A stretch of 39,560 bases of DNA from a virus (lineage: Duplodnaviria > Heunggongvirae > Uroviricota > Caudoviricetes), in the IMG/VR virus record IMGVR_UViG_2548876940_000011; one strand, written 5' to 3'. Below are positions 25,726-34,674 of this stretch, piece after piece. The notes below the pieces were generated by a model. It was given only the letters and a program-made list of their open reading frames with translations. It was not told where the DNA came from and did not search any database. A program made the translations under genes and the position numbers. Position 1 is the stretch's first letter. Each line of letters starts with the position of its first letter.

Positions 25726-27783
25726 ATGGCAAAAAACCTGAAAGCCTCCCTGATTGTCGATTTACTCGGCAATATTTCCGCCAAATCCCGCCAGTGGTCA
25801 CAGGAGCTGGGGGCGTTCTCCCGTTCCGGCAGGACAGGCCTGGGTGGTCTTGGAAATGCAGCCCGCCGGGCCGGTCAGGAAACAGAACTTGTCGGCTCCC
25901 GTATGCAGCGAACGCTTGCCGGTGTTCGTGGCAGCATCCGCACGGTAACGTCAGATTTTGACCGCCTGCAGGGCAGCATTACCGGCACCATCGGGCAGAT
26001 AAGCAACCTTTACGGGATGCTGGCGGGAGGGGCTGCGGTCTACGGTTTTAATAAAGCCTTTATCCGCCCGGCCGCAGAGATGGAGAACTATATTCTGCGT
26101 CTCAACGCCATTAATCATGGCGATACGGCAAAAACGGAAGCAGTGAAAGCCTGGGCAGTACAGAACGCCAAAGACACCACCTGGGGGCTGGCGGGGGTTA
26201 TGCAGGAATACGCCTCCAGTCGCGGGTTTGGCATGAGTGACAGGGAAGCCCGTCGCTTTATTACCATGCTTCAGGATCAGGGCGGCTATCACGGCTGGTC
26301 ACTGTCAGATGCACAGGGTGCGTCCCTGCAACTCAAACAGATGTTTGCCCGCCAGAGTATCCAGGCAGCGGACGCCAATATTCTGACCGGATACGGGATT
26401 AACGTTTACCAGTTACTGGCCGATAAGCTGGGCGTAAACCAGAAGATCATCCGTGAGAAAGGCGAAAAAGGAAAACTGGGGCCGGACAGCATTCGCCTGT
26501 TATTTCAGGTGATGGCCGAACAGGCAAAAGGTGCCCAGAAAAACGCTATGAATTCCTGGACGGGAATGACGTCCATGATGGGCGACGTCTGGGACGGATT
26601 TGCCCGCGAGGTGATGGCAAAGGGACCGTTTGACAGCCTGAAAAAGAGCCTGAAAGGCTTCCTGGATTATGCCGATGCGGCACAGAAAAGCGGCTTACAG
26701 GATAAGCTGGCCACACAGACGGCCTCAGCTCTGAATCAGGGATTTGAGTATGCCAGAGACGCTGCGACCGGCTTTTACCGGGTCATTCAGAAAGTCAGGG
26801 AAACGCTTCAGGCACTGCGCGACGCCGGTTATGGCGATGCGCTGGATCGCATTGGTCAGGGTGCGCAGACCGCCGCAAAGTACCTGATGTATATGTATCT
26901 CGCCTCCCGTGCGCTGAAGGTGCTCAGGTTTGCGGGGACGGGGGCATTACGTCTCGGCGCAACCCCCTTACGCTATGGCATGGCGATGACCTCCGTGCTG
27001 ACGTCGCCCTTCCGCAAACCGCAGACCACTGTACCGGGAACGCAGCCCGGACGCGCTGGCCGGTTCCTGAATTTCCTTACCGGGGTAAATCCGGCTGCCG
27101 TTCAGCCCGTGCTGGTCACCAACTGGCCTGCGGGTGGCCTGGCCTCAGGTGGCGGGGATGTGGTGGTCAGCGGTGACGGCAAAACCGTGCGCGGCCGTAA
27201 AAAACGCGGCCCCGGACGTGGACGGGGTGTCACGACCGTCGTGACTGCCGGTGAGCAACTGGCGGAGAGTGCCGGTAAACAGGGCTTCTTCGGTCGTATG
27301 ATGAGCCGTGCCGGTGGTCTGCTAACGGCGGCCGGAAACCGCATGGGGCTGGGGCGTTTTGCCGGGCTGTTCCGTGGTGCCGGTCGGCTGGGTGGTGGTG
27401 CCCTGTGGGCCGGTGCCATGGCGGCTCCTGTACTGCTGGACAGCAGCGCCAGTGCAGCCGATAAAGCCGGTGCCGTGGGTTCCCTTGCCGGAAGTATCGC
27501 CGGTGGCGCGCTGGGGGCGGCTGCTGGTCCGGTCGGGGTTGCCATTGGTTCCACGGTGGGCAGCTATCTCGGTGATTATCTGGGGGGCTGGCTGACGCAG
27601 GCCTGGCAGAAACTGCGTGGCGGCAGTGACGAAAACGGCGGACAGGCCACCGCGAAAACCGCCGCACGGGTGGAGCTTGTGGCCCCTGAAGGCTGGCGGG
27701 CGCGCAGTATTGATGTGGATGATACCGCACAGCATGGCCTGGATGTGAACGTCTGGAACGGAGGGAACTATGGCCTCTACTGA
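25726..27783 (+). CDS. Tail tape-measure protein (Mu N-like)
   Basis: 685 aa; Gly/Ala-rich C-terminal half; position after tube/chaperone. Confidence 0.85.
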   Translation: MAKNLKASLIVDLLGNISAKSRQWSQELGAFSRSGRTGLGGLGNAARRAGQETELVGSRMQRTLAGVRGSIRTVTSDFDRLQGSITGTIGQISNLYGMLAGGAAVYGFNKAFIRPAAEMENYILRLNAINHGDTAKTEAVKAWAVQNAKDTTWGLAGVMQEYASSRGFGMSDREARRFITMLQDQGGYHGWSLSDAQGASLQLKQMFARQSIQAADANILTGYGINVYQLLADKLGVNQKIIREKGEKGKLGPDSIRLLFQVMAEQAKGAQKNAMNSWTGMTSMMGDVWDGFAREVMAKGPFDSLKKSLKGFLDYADAAQKSGLQDKLATQTASALNQGFEYARDAATGFYRVIQKVRETLQALRDAGYGDALDRIGQGAQTAAKYLMYMYLASRALKVLRFAGTGALRLGATPLRYGMAMTSVLTSPFRKPQTTVPGTQPGRAGRFLNFLTGVNPAAVQPVLVTNWPAGGLASGGGDVVVSGDGKTVRGRKKRGPGRGRGVTTVVTAGEQLAESAGKQGFFGRMMSRAGGLLTAAGNRMGLGRFAGLFRGAGRLGGGALWAGAMAAPVLLDSSASAADKAGAVGSLAGSIAGGALGAAAGPVGVAIGSTVGSYLGDYLGGWLTQAWQKLRGGSDENGGQATAKTAARVELVAPEGWRARSIDVDDTAQHGLDVNVWNGGNYGLY

Positions 27784-29128
27784 CACGCCGGGGCGTGGCT
27801 CCTTTCGTGGCGTACCGTTCCTGGTTTATCAGGAGCAGCGGGAACGGGGCGGACGTAACATTGTGCGCCGTGAATACCCACTGCGTGAAAGCGGCGGTGC
27901 GGATGATCTGGGGCCAAAACTCCCGGAGTTCACATTCACGGTTCTGGTGACCGGAGACGATCTTCAGACACAGCGAAGCCGCCTGCGTGATGCGCTGCGT
28001 GCACCCGGTGCCGGTGAACTGATGCACCCGGATTACGGCACGTTAAACGTGCTGATAAACAGCTTTGAAAGCCGTTATAACGCCAGCGAGCAGGGAACGG
28101 TTGAGTTCACGATCAACGTGATCCCCGCCAGTGACGATACCGCCCCTGCGGTGGCAGAAGATACGGCAGCTGCGCTGGAGCAGAAAAGCGGCTCAGCAAT
28201 GAATCAGCTGTTTAACACGCTTTCAGACGGCTGGACGGTGATTTCAGACGGTCTGCATGATGTACAGGCCATGACCGACACCATCAGCGATAAGATTGAT
28301 GCACTGGAGAATGCCGTTTCGGGGATGGGGATTGTGCAGGATATCAGTGCCTTTACGGCCAGTTTTACTGCCCTGAAAGGCAATGCCGCCGCCCTGATTA
28401 ATGCGCCCCGTCGCATGGCTGAATCGCTGGCCGGAATGTTTGCCGTGCTGACCGGGCTGCCCGACGATCCTTCCCTGTCTCTGACCGGAAAAGCCGGAAC
28501 GCCGTCCGGCAGCCTGACCACAAACCGTGACAGCATAGCAGAGCAGGCCATGCCGCAGCTGTACCGCACACTTTCCTCCCTGCGTTACACCCTCAGCGAA
28601 CAGGATGATCCACAGCGCCTGATTGGCCTGACGCCTGCGGCACAGAAAAATATCCGTCTGCTGCGGAGCGTGATGCAGAGTGCAACCCTGGTGTCGCAGG
28701 CACAGACGCTCGGAAAACTGCTGGATCAGGTCATCCGGCAGAATACGACGCACGTTCAGGATACTGACCGTTCGGGCGGACTGACCTGGCTGGAAAGTTC
28801 TGCTGATGTGCAGCGTATCAACCGGGATTTGAGCGATGCCATGGAACAACAGGTGCTGGATCTGTCCGCACAGGGCTATACCGGGACTGCCCTTGCATTA
28901 CGTGATGCAGGGCTTGCGCTGACAGAAGATTTAACCACACGGAGCGTGCATCTTCCCGGTGCTTTTCAGGTCATGGTTCGCACCACCGAACCGGCACTGG
29001 TCACGCTGTACCGTGCCACCGGCAACAGCAGTCGCTGGCAGTATTTTGTCCGCAGAAACAATATCCCCGATCCGGTTTTTGTTCCGGGTGGCCGCAGCGT
29101 GGAGGTGATCAGTGAGCAGCAGGATTGA
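27770..29128 (+). CDS. Mu P-like baseplate / DNA-circularisation-family protein
   Basis: 452 aa; overlaps tape-measure end. Confidence 0.75.
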   Translation: MASTDTPGRGSFRGVPFLVYQEQRERGGRNIVRREYPLRESGGADDLGPKLPEFTFTVLVTGDDLQTQRSRLRDALRAPGAGELMHPDYGTLNVLINSFESRYNASEQGTVEFTINVIPASDDTAPAVAEDTAAALEQKSGSAMNQLFNTLSDGWTVISDGLHDVQAMTDTISDKIDALENAVSGMGIVQDISAFTASFTALKGNAAALINAPRRMAESLAGMFAVLTGLPDDPSLSLTGKAGTPSGSLTTNRDSIAEQAMPQLYRTLSSLRYTLSEQDDPQRLIGLTPAAQKNIRLLRSVMQSATLVSQAQTLGKLLDQVIRQNTTHVQDTDRSGGLTWLESSADVQRINRDLSDAMEQQVLDLSAQGYTGTALALRDAGLALTEDLTTRSVHLPGAFQVMVRTTEPALVTLYRATGNSSRWQYFVRRNNIPDPVFVPGGRSVEVISEQQD

Positions 29129-30236
29129 ACTGTATATCGGTGGCAGTATTTTTTCCGGCTGGCTGACGGTCAGCGTCCGTCGCTCGCTGGAGCATCTGGC
29201 CGGGTCGTTTGAACTGGGGCTGATGCTGCCCGGTGAGCGCATCCCCTCAGCCCTGCGAACCGGTCAGTCCCTGACGCTCAGAATTAACGGGCAGACGGTC
29301 ATCAGTGGCTGGCTGGATCAGGTCAGTCAGCGGATCAGTGCAACCCGTCATCAGATCAGCATCAGCGGTCGGGATAAAACCGGCGACCTGGTGGACTGTG
29401 CCGCCATCCATCCCGGCAGCCAGTGGCGCAACCGGACGCTGGCACAGATTGCCGCAGATTTATGTGCGCCCTTCGGGATAGCCGTGCGCTGGCAGGTTAA
29501 CGACGACACGGCTGCACGCCCCTTCAGCTCTTTTACGCTGGAAAACTCAGAAACCGTGGCGGATGCGCTGACCCGTGCTGCCCGGCATCGCGGGGTGCTG
29601 GTGACCAGTAATGCTGACGGCGATCTGGTGTTCACCCAGGCAGGAAGCCAGCAGACGGACAGACTGGTGCTGGGAGATAACCTGCTTGATGCCGATTACA
29701 ACACGGACTGGCGAGGACGATACAGCGAATACCGTGTCCGGGGACACGGGCGCGGTGGTGGCAAACGGGGAGACAGCGAATCCGCCGCCCGTCTGGCAGC
29801 ACCTGTGGGCGTCATCAGTGATGAGCAGATCGGCCGCTACCGGCCGAAAATCATCCTCGCCGATCAACAGACAGACACCACCGGTGCACGGCAGCGTGCC
29901 CTGCGTGAAATGCGCCGTGCGATTGCCCGTTCAGAACGGTTTTCTGCCACCGTGCGTGGCTGGTTCCGGGATGATGGCCGGTTATGGGATGTCAATCTGC
30001 TGACCGGTGTTTCAGCCCTGCGTTTCGGTATAGAACAGACTGAACTGCTGGTCTGTCAGGTAGAGTTTTTACTTGATGAACATAACGGGGAAGTCACCCG
30101 GCTGGTACTGGCACCGCGTGACGGCTTTATCGTTCCGGCAGAGCCGGACAGTAAGGGCCGGGGTGGTTCCGGTGACGATGTTGATGCCTTTATTCGCCAG
30201 CAGATGAAAAAACAGGGGATCAGCTTTGATGAATGA
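29112..30236 (+). CDS. Mu Q-like baseplate hub protein
   Basis: 374 aa; overlapping start. Confidence 0.75.
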   Translation: MSSRIELYIGGSIFSGWLTVSVRRSLEHLAGSFELGLMLPGERIPSALRTGQSLTLRINGQTVISGWLDQVSQRISATRHQISISGRDKTGDLVDCAAIHPGSQWRNRTLAQIAADLCAPFGIAVRWQVNDDTAARPFSSFTLENSETVADALTRAARHRGVLVTSNADGDLVFTQAGSQQTDRLVLGDNLLDADYNTDWRGRYSEYRVRGHGRGGGKRGDSESAARLAAPVGVISDEQIGRYRPKIILADQQTDTTGARQRALREMRRAIARSERFSATVRGWFRDDGRLWDVNLLTGVSALRFGIEQTELLVCQVEFLLDEHNGEVTRLVLAPRDGFIVPAEPDSKGRGGSGDDVDAFIRQQMKKQGISFDE

Positions 30237-30840
30237 TGAAGTGTTCAGCCGCCTGATTGCCCCGGTAACGCGCGGTATTCGCCTGTTGTTTGGCCGGGGC
30301 GTTCTGACCGGCACACATGACGAACTGAAAATGCAGAATGTGCAGCTCACCGGCATGGACGGCGAAACCTTTGATGATGTGGAGCGTCCCCAGCAGTACG
30401 GGCAGATCAGCGTTCCCCTGCCGGGTGCGGAAACCTTTTTTGCCTGTCTGGGCGGACAGCGGGATCAGACTGTGGTGCTTGTGGTGGAAGACCGGCGCAG
30501 CCGCCCGACCGGACTCACAGCCGGAGATACGGGGGTGTATCACCATGAGGGGCACCGGATACGGTTAACAAAGGATGGTCGCATTATTGTGACATGCAAA
30601 ATGCTGGAGATTTACGCCGATGAGGGGATGCGGGTGGATACGCCGGAGGCCACCTTTACGGGCAATGTGACGGTGGATAAAAACCTGCATGTTAAGGGTA
30701 ATTTCGTGCTTGATGGTACAGGTAAATCAGACGGGCTGTTCACGATGTCTGATGCCGTTATTGCCGGGATCACCTATTCCGGCCATGTGCATCAGGATAA
30801 CGGCAAAGGCAGTAAGACAGGAGCGCCGGAGAATGGCTGA
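30226..30840 (+). CDS. Baseplate assembly / spike protein V-like
   Basis: 204 aa; overlapping start. Confidence 0.7.
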   Translation: MMNDEVFSRLIAPVTRGIRLLFGRGVLTGTHDELKMQNVQLTGMDGETFDDVERPQQYGQISVPLPGAETFFACLGGQRDQTVVLVVEDRRSRPTGLTAGDTGVYHHEGHRIRLTKDGRIIVTCKMLEIYADEGMRVDTPEATFTGNVTVDKNLHVKGNFVLDGTGKSDGLFTMSDAVIAGITYSGHVHQDNGKGSKTGAPENG

Positions 30841-31270
30841 TATTGCAATTGTATGGGATCAGGGGTGCGGTTCGCTGCAACTGAACGGTGCCGACCTGCT
30901 GACGGATGACAGTCTGCTGACGGCCGTTCTGATTTCGCTGTTTACTGACCGCCGGGCGCTGGCATCGGATGAAATCCCTGACGGTACGCGTGACCGCCGG
31001 GGATGGTGGGGAGACAGTTTTCGCCCGCGTCCCATTGGCTCCCGTCTGTGGTTTCTCCGCCGGGAAAAAACGCTGGCCTCCGTGATAAGCCGTGCCCGTG
31101 CCTATGCGGATGAGGCGCTGGGCTGGCTCAGTCAGGATGGCGTGGCGTCATCCGTGGTCTGTCATGCAGAACGTGTGGGGCACGCGCGGCTGGCGCTTTC
31201 GGTGCGCATAACCCTGCCTGATGGTTCAGTGAGGCCCATGATTTTTTATGCTGATCTTAAGGGGGAGTAA
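30833..31270 (+). CDS. Baseplate wedge protein (Mu W / GP25-like)
   Basis: ORF 30689..31270; in-frame ATG at 30833 overlaps the V stop (ATGGCTGA), giving MADIAIVWDQG, 145 aa. Confidence 0.7.
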   Translation: MADIAIVWDQGCGSLQLNGADLLTDDSLLTAVLISLFTDRRALASDEIPDGTRDRRGWWGDSFRPRPIGSRLWFLRREKTLASVISRARAYADEALGWLSQDGVASSVVCHAERVGHARLALSVRITLPDGSVRPMIFYADLKGE

Positions 31271-32352
31271 TGCCTTATCAGCCTTTACCGCTGGCACAGT
31301 TAATCACGCAGACACAGCAGGATATCAGCCAGCGCCTGCCCGGCTCGCAGCCGGGTGTGAATGAAACCACCCTGAATGCCATTGCTTACGCTCAGGCAGG
31401 GTTATCTGCTCAGGAGCATGAGCATCTGGCCTGGATTGCGCGTCAGATCATCCCGACCGAAGCCGATGAAGCCGAACTGCTGAAACACTGTGCATTCTGG
31501 GGCGTCATGCGTAAGCCTGCCTCTCGGGGGGACGGGCCGGTTCAGCTGATGCTGACCACGGATGCGGGGATCAAGGAAGGTGTGCTTCTCCAGCGAAGTG
31601 ATGGCGTGGTTTACCGTATCACCACCTCACTGACCGGTAAGGCCGGTACGCTGAATGTCAGTGTGGAAGCCGAAAGTGCCGGTCGTGCGGGGAATGCCCC
31701 GGCAGGGACAAAACTGACATTTATCACACCGCAGGCGGGGATCAACCAGACGGCCACGGTGACAGGAACGGGGATCACCGGTGGTGCGGATGTGGAAACC
31801 GTGCCGGAGCTGCTTTCCCGTCTGGTTTTCCGGGTGCAGAATCCACCGTCCGGCGGCACGCAGTATGATTTTGAACGCTGGGCGCGTGAAGTGCCGGGCG
31901 TGACGCGGGCATGGTGCCGCCCGGAATGGCCGCAGGCGGGCAGCGTGGGGGTAACGTTTGTTCAGGATAATAACCCGGATATTTTCCCCGGTGACGGTGA
32001 TGTTCAGCGGGTGGCGGATTATATCCGCAGTCATGATGATCCGGCGACCGGCCAGCCTGTCGGACAGCCTCTGGGGCCGACGGTGACCGTGTTTAAACTG
32101 ACCAATAAGCCGGTGCCCTTCAGCATCAGGATCATCCCGAAAACACCGGAGAATCAGGCGGCCGTAAAACAGGCGCTGACCGACCTGTTATACAACGAAT
32201 CCCGGCCCGGCGGTCTGGTTCTGCCGTCGTCTTTCTGGCGTGCTGTGGCGGGGGTGAAAAATCTGGAGGATTTTGAAGTGCGCAGTCCGCTGACGTCAGT
32301 TCAGGCGGGAGACAGTGAGCTGCTGACGGTGGGAGAAATCACATGGCTGTAA
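31270..32352 (+). CDS. Baseplate J-like wedge protein (Mu gp47-like)
   Basis: 360 aa; overlapping start. Confidence 0.8.
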   Translation: MPYQPLPLAQLITQTQQDISQRLPGSQPGVNETTLNAIAYAQAGLSAQEHEHLAWIARQIIPTEADEAELLKHCAFWGVMRKPASRGDGPVQLMLTTDAGIKEGVLLQRSDGVVYRITTSLTGKAGTLNVSVEAESAGRAGNAPAGTKLTFITPQAGINQTATVTGTGITGGADVETVPELLSRLVFRVQNPPSGGTQYDFERWAREVPGVTRAWCRPEWPQAGSVGVTFVQDNNPDIFPGDGDVQRVADYIRSHDDPATGQPVGQPLGPTVTVFKLTNKPVPFSIRIIPKTPENQAAVKQALTDLLYNESRPGGLVLPSSFWRAVAGVKNLEDFEVRSPLTSVQAGDSELLTVGEITWL

Positions 32353-32903
32353 CCCTGACCCCACATCAGCGCGCCCTGTTGCAGTTACTGCCTGACGGGC
32401 TGGCATGGGACAAGCGTCCGTCATCCGTACTGGCATCATTATGTCTGGGCCTCAGTCATTCGACAGCGCGTGTATCCTGGACGGGTAAACAGCTGCTTGC
32501 CGAGCGTTTCCCTGACACGTCGCGCCTGCTGCTGGAAGACTGGGAGCGTTATCTCGGGCTTCCCGAGTGTGATATGGCCGGAGCCACCCTCACGGAGCGA
32601 CAGCGTTATGCCGGCAATAAATACCGGATGAAGCCCTCGCTGAACCGTGAATTTTATATCCGGTTTGCGGCGGAGTTTGGTTATCAGATTGACATTCAGC
32701 CCTCACCGGATTCGCAGTGGGTCAGTATTGTCACGATTAACAGTGAAACCGGCTACCGGAATATGAATGTGCTGGATGATATTCTCACGCCGCTGCGTAT
32801 TTATGAAGGCGGTGCGCTGGAATGTATTCTGAACCGTTATAAGCCTGCATGGCAGACGTTTATTTACGTTTATGCAAACAGCCATGAAGAGGAGACTATT
32901 TAA
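32343..32903 (+). CDS. Tail protein (Mu gp48-like)
   Basis: 186 aa; overlaps both neighbours. Confidence 0.7.
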   Translation: MAVTLTPHQRALLQLLPDGLAWDKRPSSVLASLCLGLSHSTARVSWTGKQLLAERFPDTSRLLLEDWERYLGLPECDMAGATLTERQRYAGNKYRMKPSLNREFYIRFAAEFGYQIDIQPSPDSQWVSIVTINSETGYRNMNVLDDILTPLRIYEGGALECILNRYKPAWQTFIYVYANSHEEETI

Positions 32904-33814
32904 TGTTTCATGTTGATAATAATTCCGGCGTGGCGAATATGCCTGCGCTGGCACCGGCGCAGAGTAATACCACCACCTGGTTTACCGAAGGTGACGGACA
33001 AAAAGGTATCAGCTGGATTGGTCAGGACTGGCTGAATATTCTCCAGGCCGAACTGCTGAATATTCTGGCTGAAGCCAGTATTCAGCCGGATAAGGCGCAG
33101 TTAAACCAGCTTACGCTGTCCATTAAAGCCATTATCGCTGCGAATGCCTTTTCCCGGAAAAATAACCTGAAAGAAATTGCTGATGCCGGTGCGGAGGCCC
33201 AGCGTCTGGCCCGTGGTTATCTTGGTCTGGGGACGCTTGCCATAAAAAACAGTCTTGGTCCCGGTGACGTTAATGCCCTGGCGAAGGATCAGAATCTCGC
33301 CGACCTGGAGAATAAGGGAACCGCCCGTAATAATCTGGATGTTTACAGCAAAAGCGAAGGTGATAACCGTTACCTGCGCAGGGAGCAGAACGGCGCAGAC
33401 ATTCCGGATAAAGGGGCTTTTATCGATAACGTCGGTTTACGGGAAACGGTGAATAAGGCGGCGAATGCTCTGCCATCGGACGGCACCGCCGTTGCCGCGA
33501 ATAAACTCTCCACCCCAAGAAATATTAATGGCGTTCCTTTTGACGGGACGCAGGACATATACATTACCTCCGGTATGACTGAAGCTACTGCTGATAACAA
33601 ATACGTTAGCAACGTTCAGCTTGGTGCCCAGAGTTACCATTCACCCGGAGGTAATGAAATGTCCTGGAGTTATGGTGCACCTTCTGGTTGTATGCTTTCA
33701 GGTATTAACGTGCAGGATACCGGGAAAAGTTCAGCCGATAATATCGGAGGCGTTTATTACCGTCCGGTGCAGATATATATCGGTAATGCCTGGCGCACAG
33801 TTTCATCCGTCTGA
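32903..33814 (+). CDS. Tail fibre protein (Mu S-like), constant N-terminal part plus short variable C-terminal part
   Basis: 303 aa; fibre-repeat-like NINGVPFDGTQDIYITS; internal gix-like site at 33420..33445. Confidence 0.8.
   Translation: MFHVDNNSGVANMPALAPAQSNTTTWFTEGDGQKGISWIGQDWLNILQAELLNILAEASIQPDKAQLNQLTLSIKAIIAANAFSRKNNLKEIADAGAEAQRLARGYLGLGTLAIKNSLGPGDVNALAKDQNLADLENKGTARNNLDVYSKSEGDNRYLRREQNGADIPDKGAFIDNVGLRETVNKAANALPSDGTAVAANKLSTPRNINGVPFDGTQDIYITSGMTEATADNKYVSNVQLGAQSYHSPGGNEMSWSYGAPSGCMLSGINVQDTGKSSADNIGGVYYRPVQIYIGNAWRTVSSV
33420..33445. other. gix-like DNA-invertase crossover site inside the tail-fibre gene
   Basis: TTATCGATAACGTCGGTTTACGGGAA; reverse complement TTCCCGTAAACCGACGTTATCGATAA matches the recalled Mu gix consensus TTCCTGTAAACCGAGGTTTTGGATAA at about 23 of 26 positions. 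Confidence 0.55.
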
Positions 33815-33848
33815 TTAAAGGAAAAGGGTGCGATAAGCACCCTTTATG

Positions 33849-34370
33849 TTATTCAGGCTTCTCCGGCCATTTAATGGCGTCAAATTCAGCTTTGTTTTTA
33901 ATCGCTGGTAGTTCCATTTTTTTCACCTGACTGATGTATTTCATCCATCGTGTAAGCGCAGCTCTGTTTTCATCACTAATCGTGCCCAGCTGTAACTCAG
34001 TTCTCCAGTCATTAATCTTTTCATATGCCTGATTAAGATATGACTGGCGCAGTGCTTCCGCTTTTTTGGTATAGTTAACCGGGAGTTGTGAGATGACACC
34101 ATTATCAAACTTCCAGTTACCTGAAATATCAGTACCTTCAGGTAATTCGTCTGTCTCAACAACGGAAAAACCCGCAGGATACAGCGCCGAAGCATCCTGT
34201 GATATTGAGCAGATAACACCGCTGTCAGGGGTTATGCAAAGTTTATATTTTTTGGTGAATAATGGCAGGGACTCATAGAAATCCTTACCATCTTCACTTT
34301 GAAAATACTGTACATCATTACCAAAGGGTTTTTGTTCCGGGTAATATCGGTTAACATTAATCAGTTGCAT
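33849..34370 (-). CDS. Tail-fibre assembly chaperone (Tfa / Mu U-like), opposite strand to the fibre gene
   Basis: ORF 33849..34421; from Met at 34370 reads MQLINVNRYYPEQ...; ISQDASALYPAGFSVVET and C-terminal DWRTELQLGTISDENRAALTRWMKYISQV are typical of Tfa (compare recalled P2 G: ITRDASTLNPEGFSVVEV). Confidence 0.75.
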   Translation of the reverse strand: MQLINVNRYYPEQKPFGNDVQYFQSEDGKDFYESLPLFTKKYKLCITPDSGVICSISQDASALYPAGFSVVETDELPEGTDISGNWKFDNGVISQLPVNYTKKAEALRQSYLNQAYEKINDWRTELQLGTISDENRAALTRWMKYISQVKKMELPAIKNKAEFDAIKWPEKPE

Positions 34371-34674
34371 AAACATCACCATGTAAATCAATGATAAAAA
34401 CAGGAATAATAATATCGCCATATACAGGCAAGGGGTTTCTGAAATAACGCATATTTTCAGATGCTGACCGCAGCGTCATGAATCGTTAAATCAATTATAA
34501 GCCGGTAATATGCGGTTATCGTATTGGCCTGTCCATCCTTTGTCGTTATGTTCCTGCCTAACCGGCTCCGTCACAAAAAGTACCGTGATGCTTTTTTTGA
34601 ATTTCCGCAAAACACATATTTATCAGCGGTTGTTATTCTGACTCTGTTTAATTCAGAAACAGGCAGAAAAGACG

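Noticed and set aside
27230-28027. 265-aa and 154-aa minus-strand ORFs across the tape-measure and P genes
   Set aside because: Antisense to tail genes; Pro/Arg-rich translations characteristic of non-coding frames in GC-rich DNA.
34371-34421. Hydrophobic 17-aa N-terminal extension (MAILLFLFLSLIYMVMF) of the tfa ORF
   Set aside because: Tfa proteins are soluble chaperones; the internal Met at 34370 gives a typical Tfa N-terminus, so the extension is probably untranslated.
34551-34576. Possible second gix-like site (TTCCTGCCTAACCGGCTCCGTCACAA)
   Set aside because: Only the left half resembles a gix half-site and needs a 1-nt indel; the right half does not match. Kept only as a possible relic.
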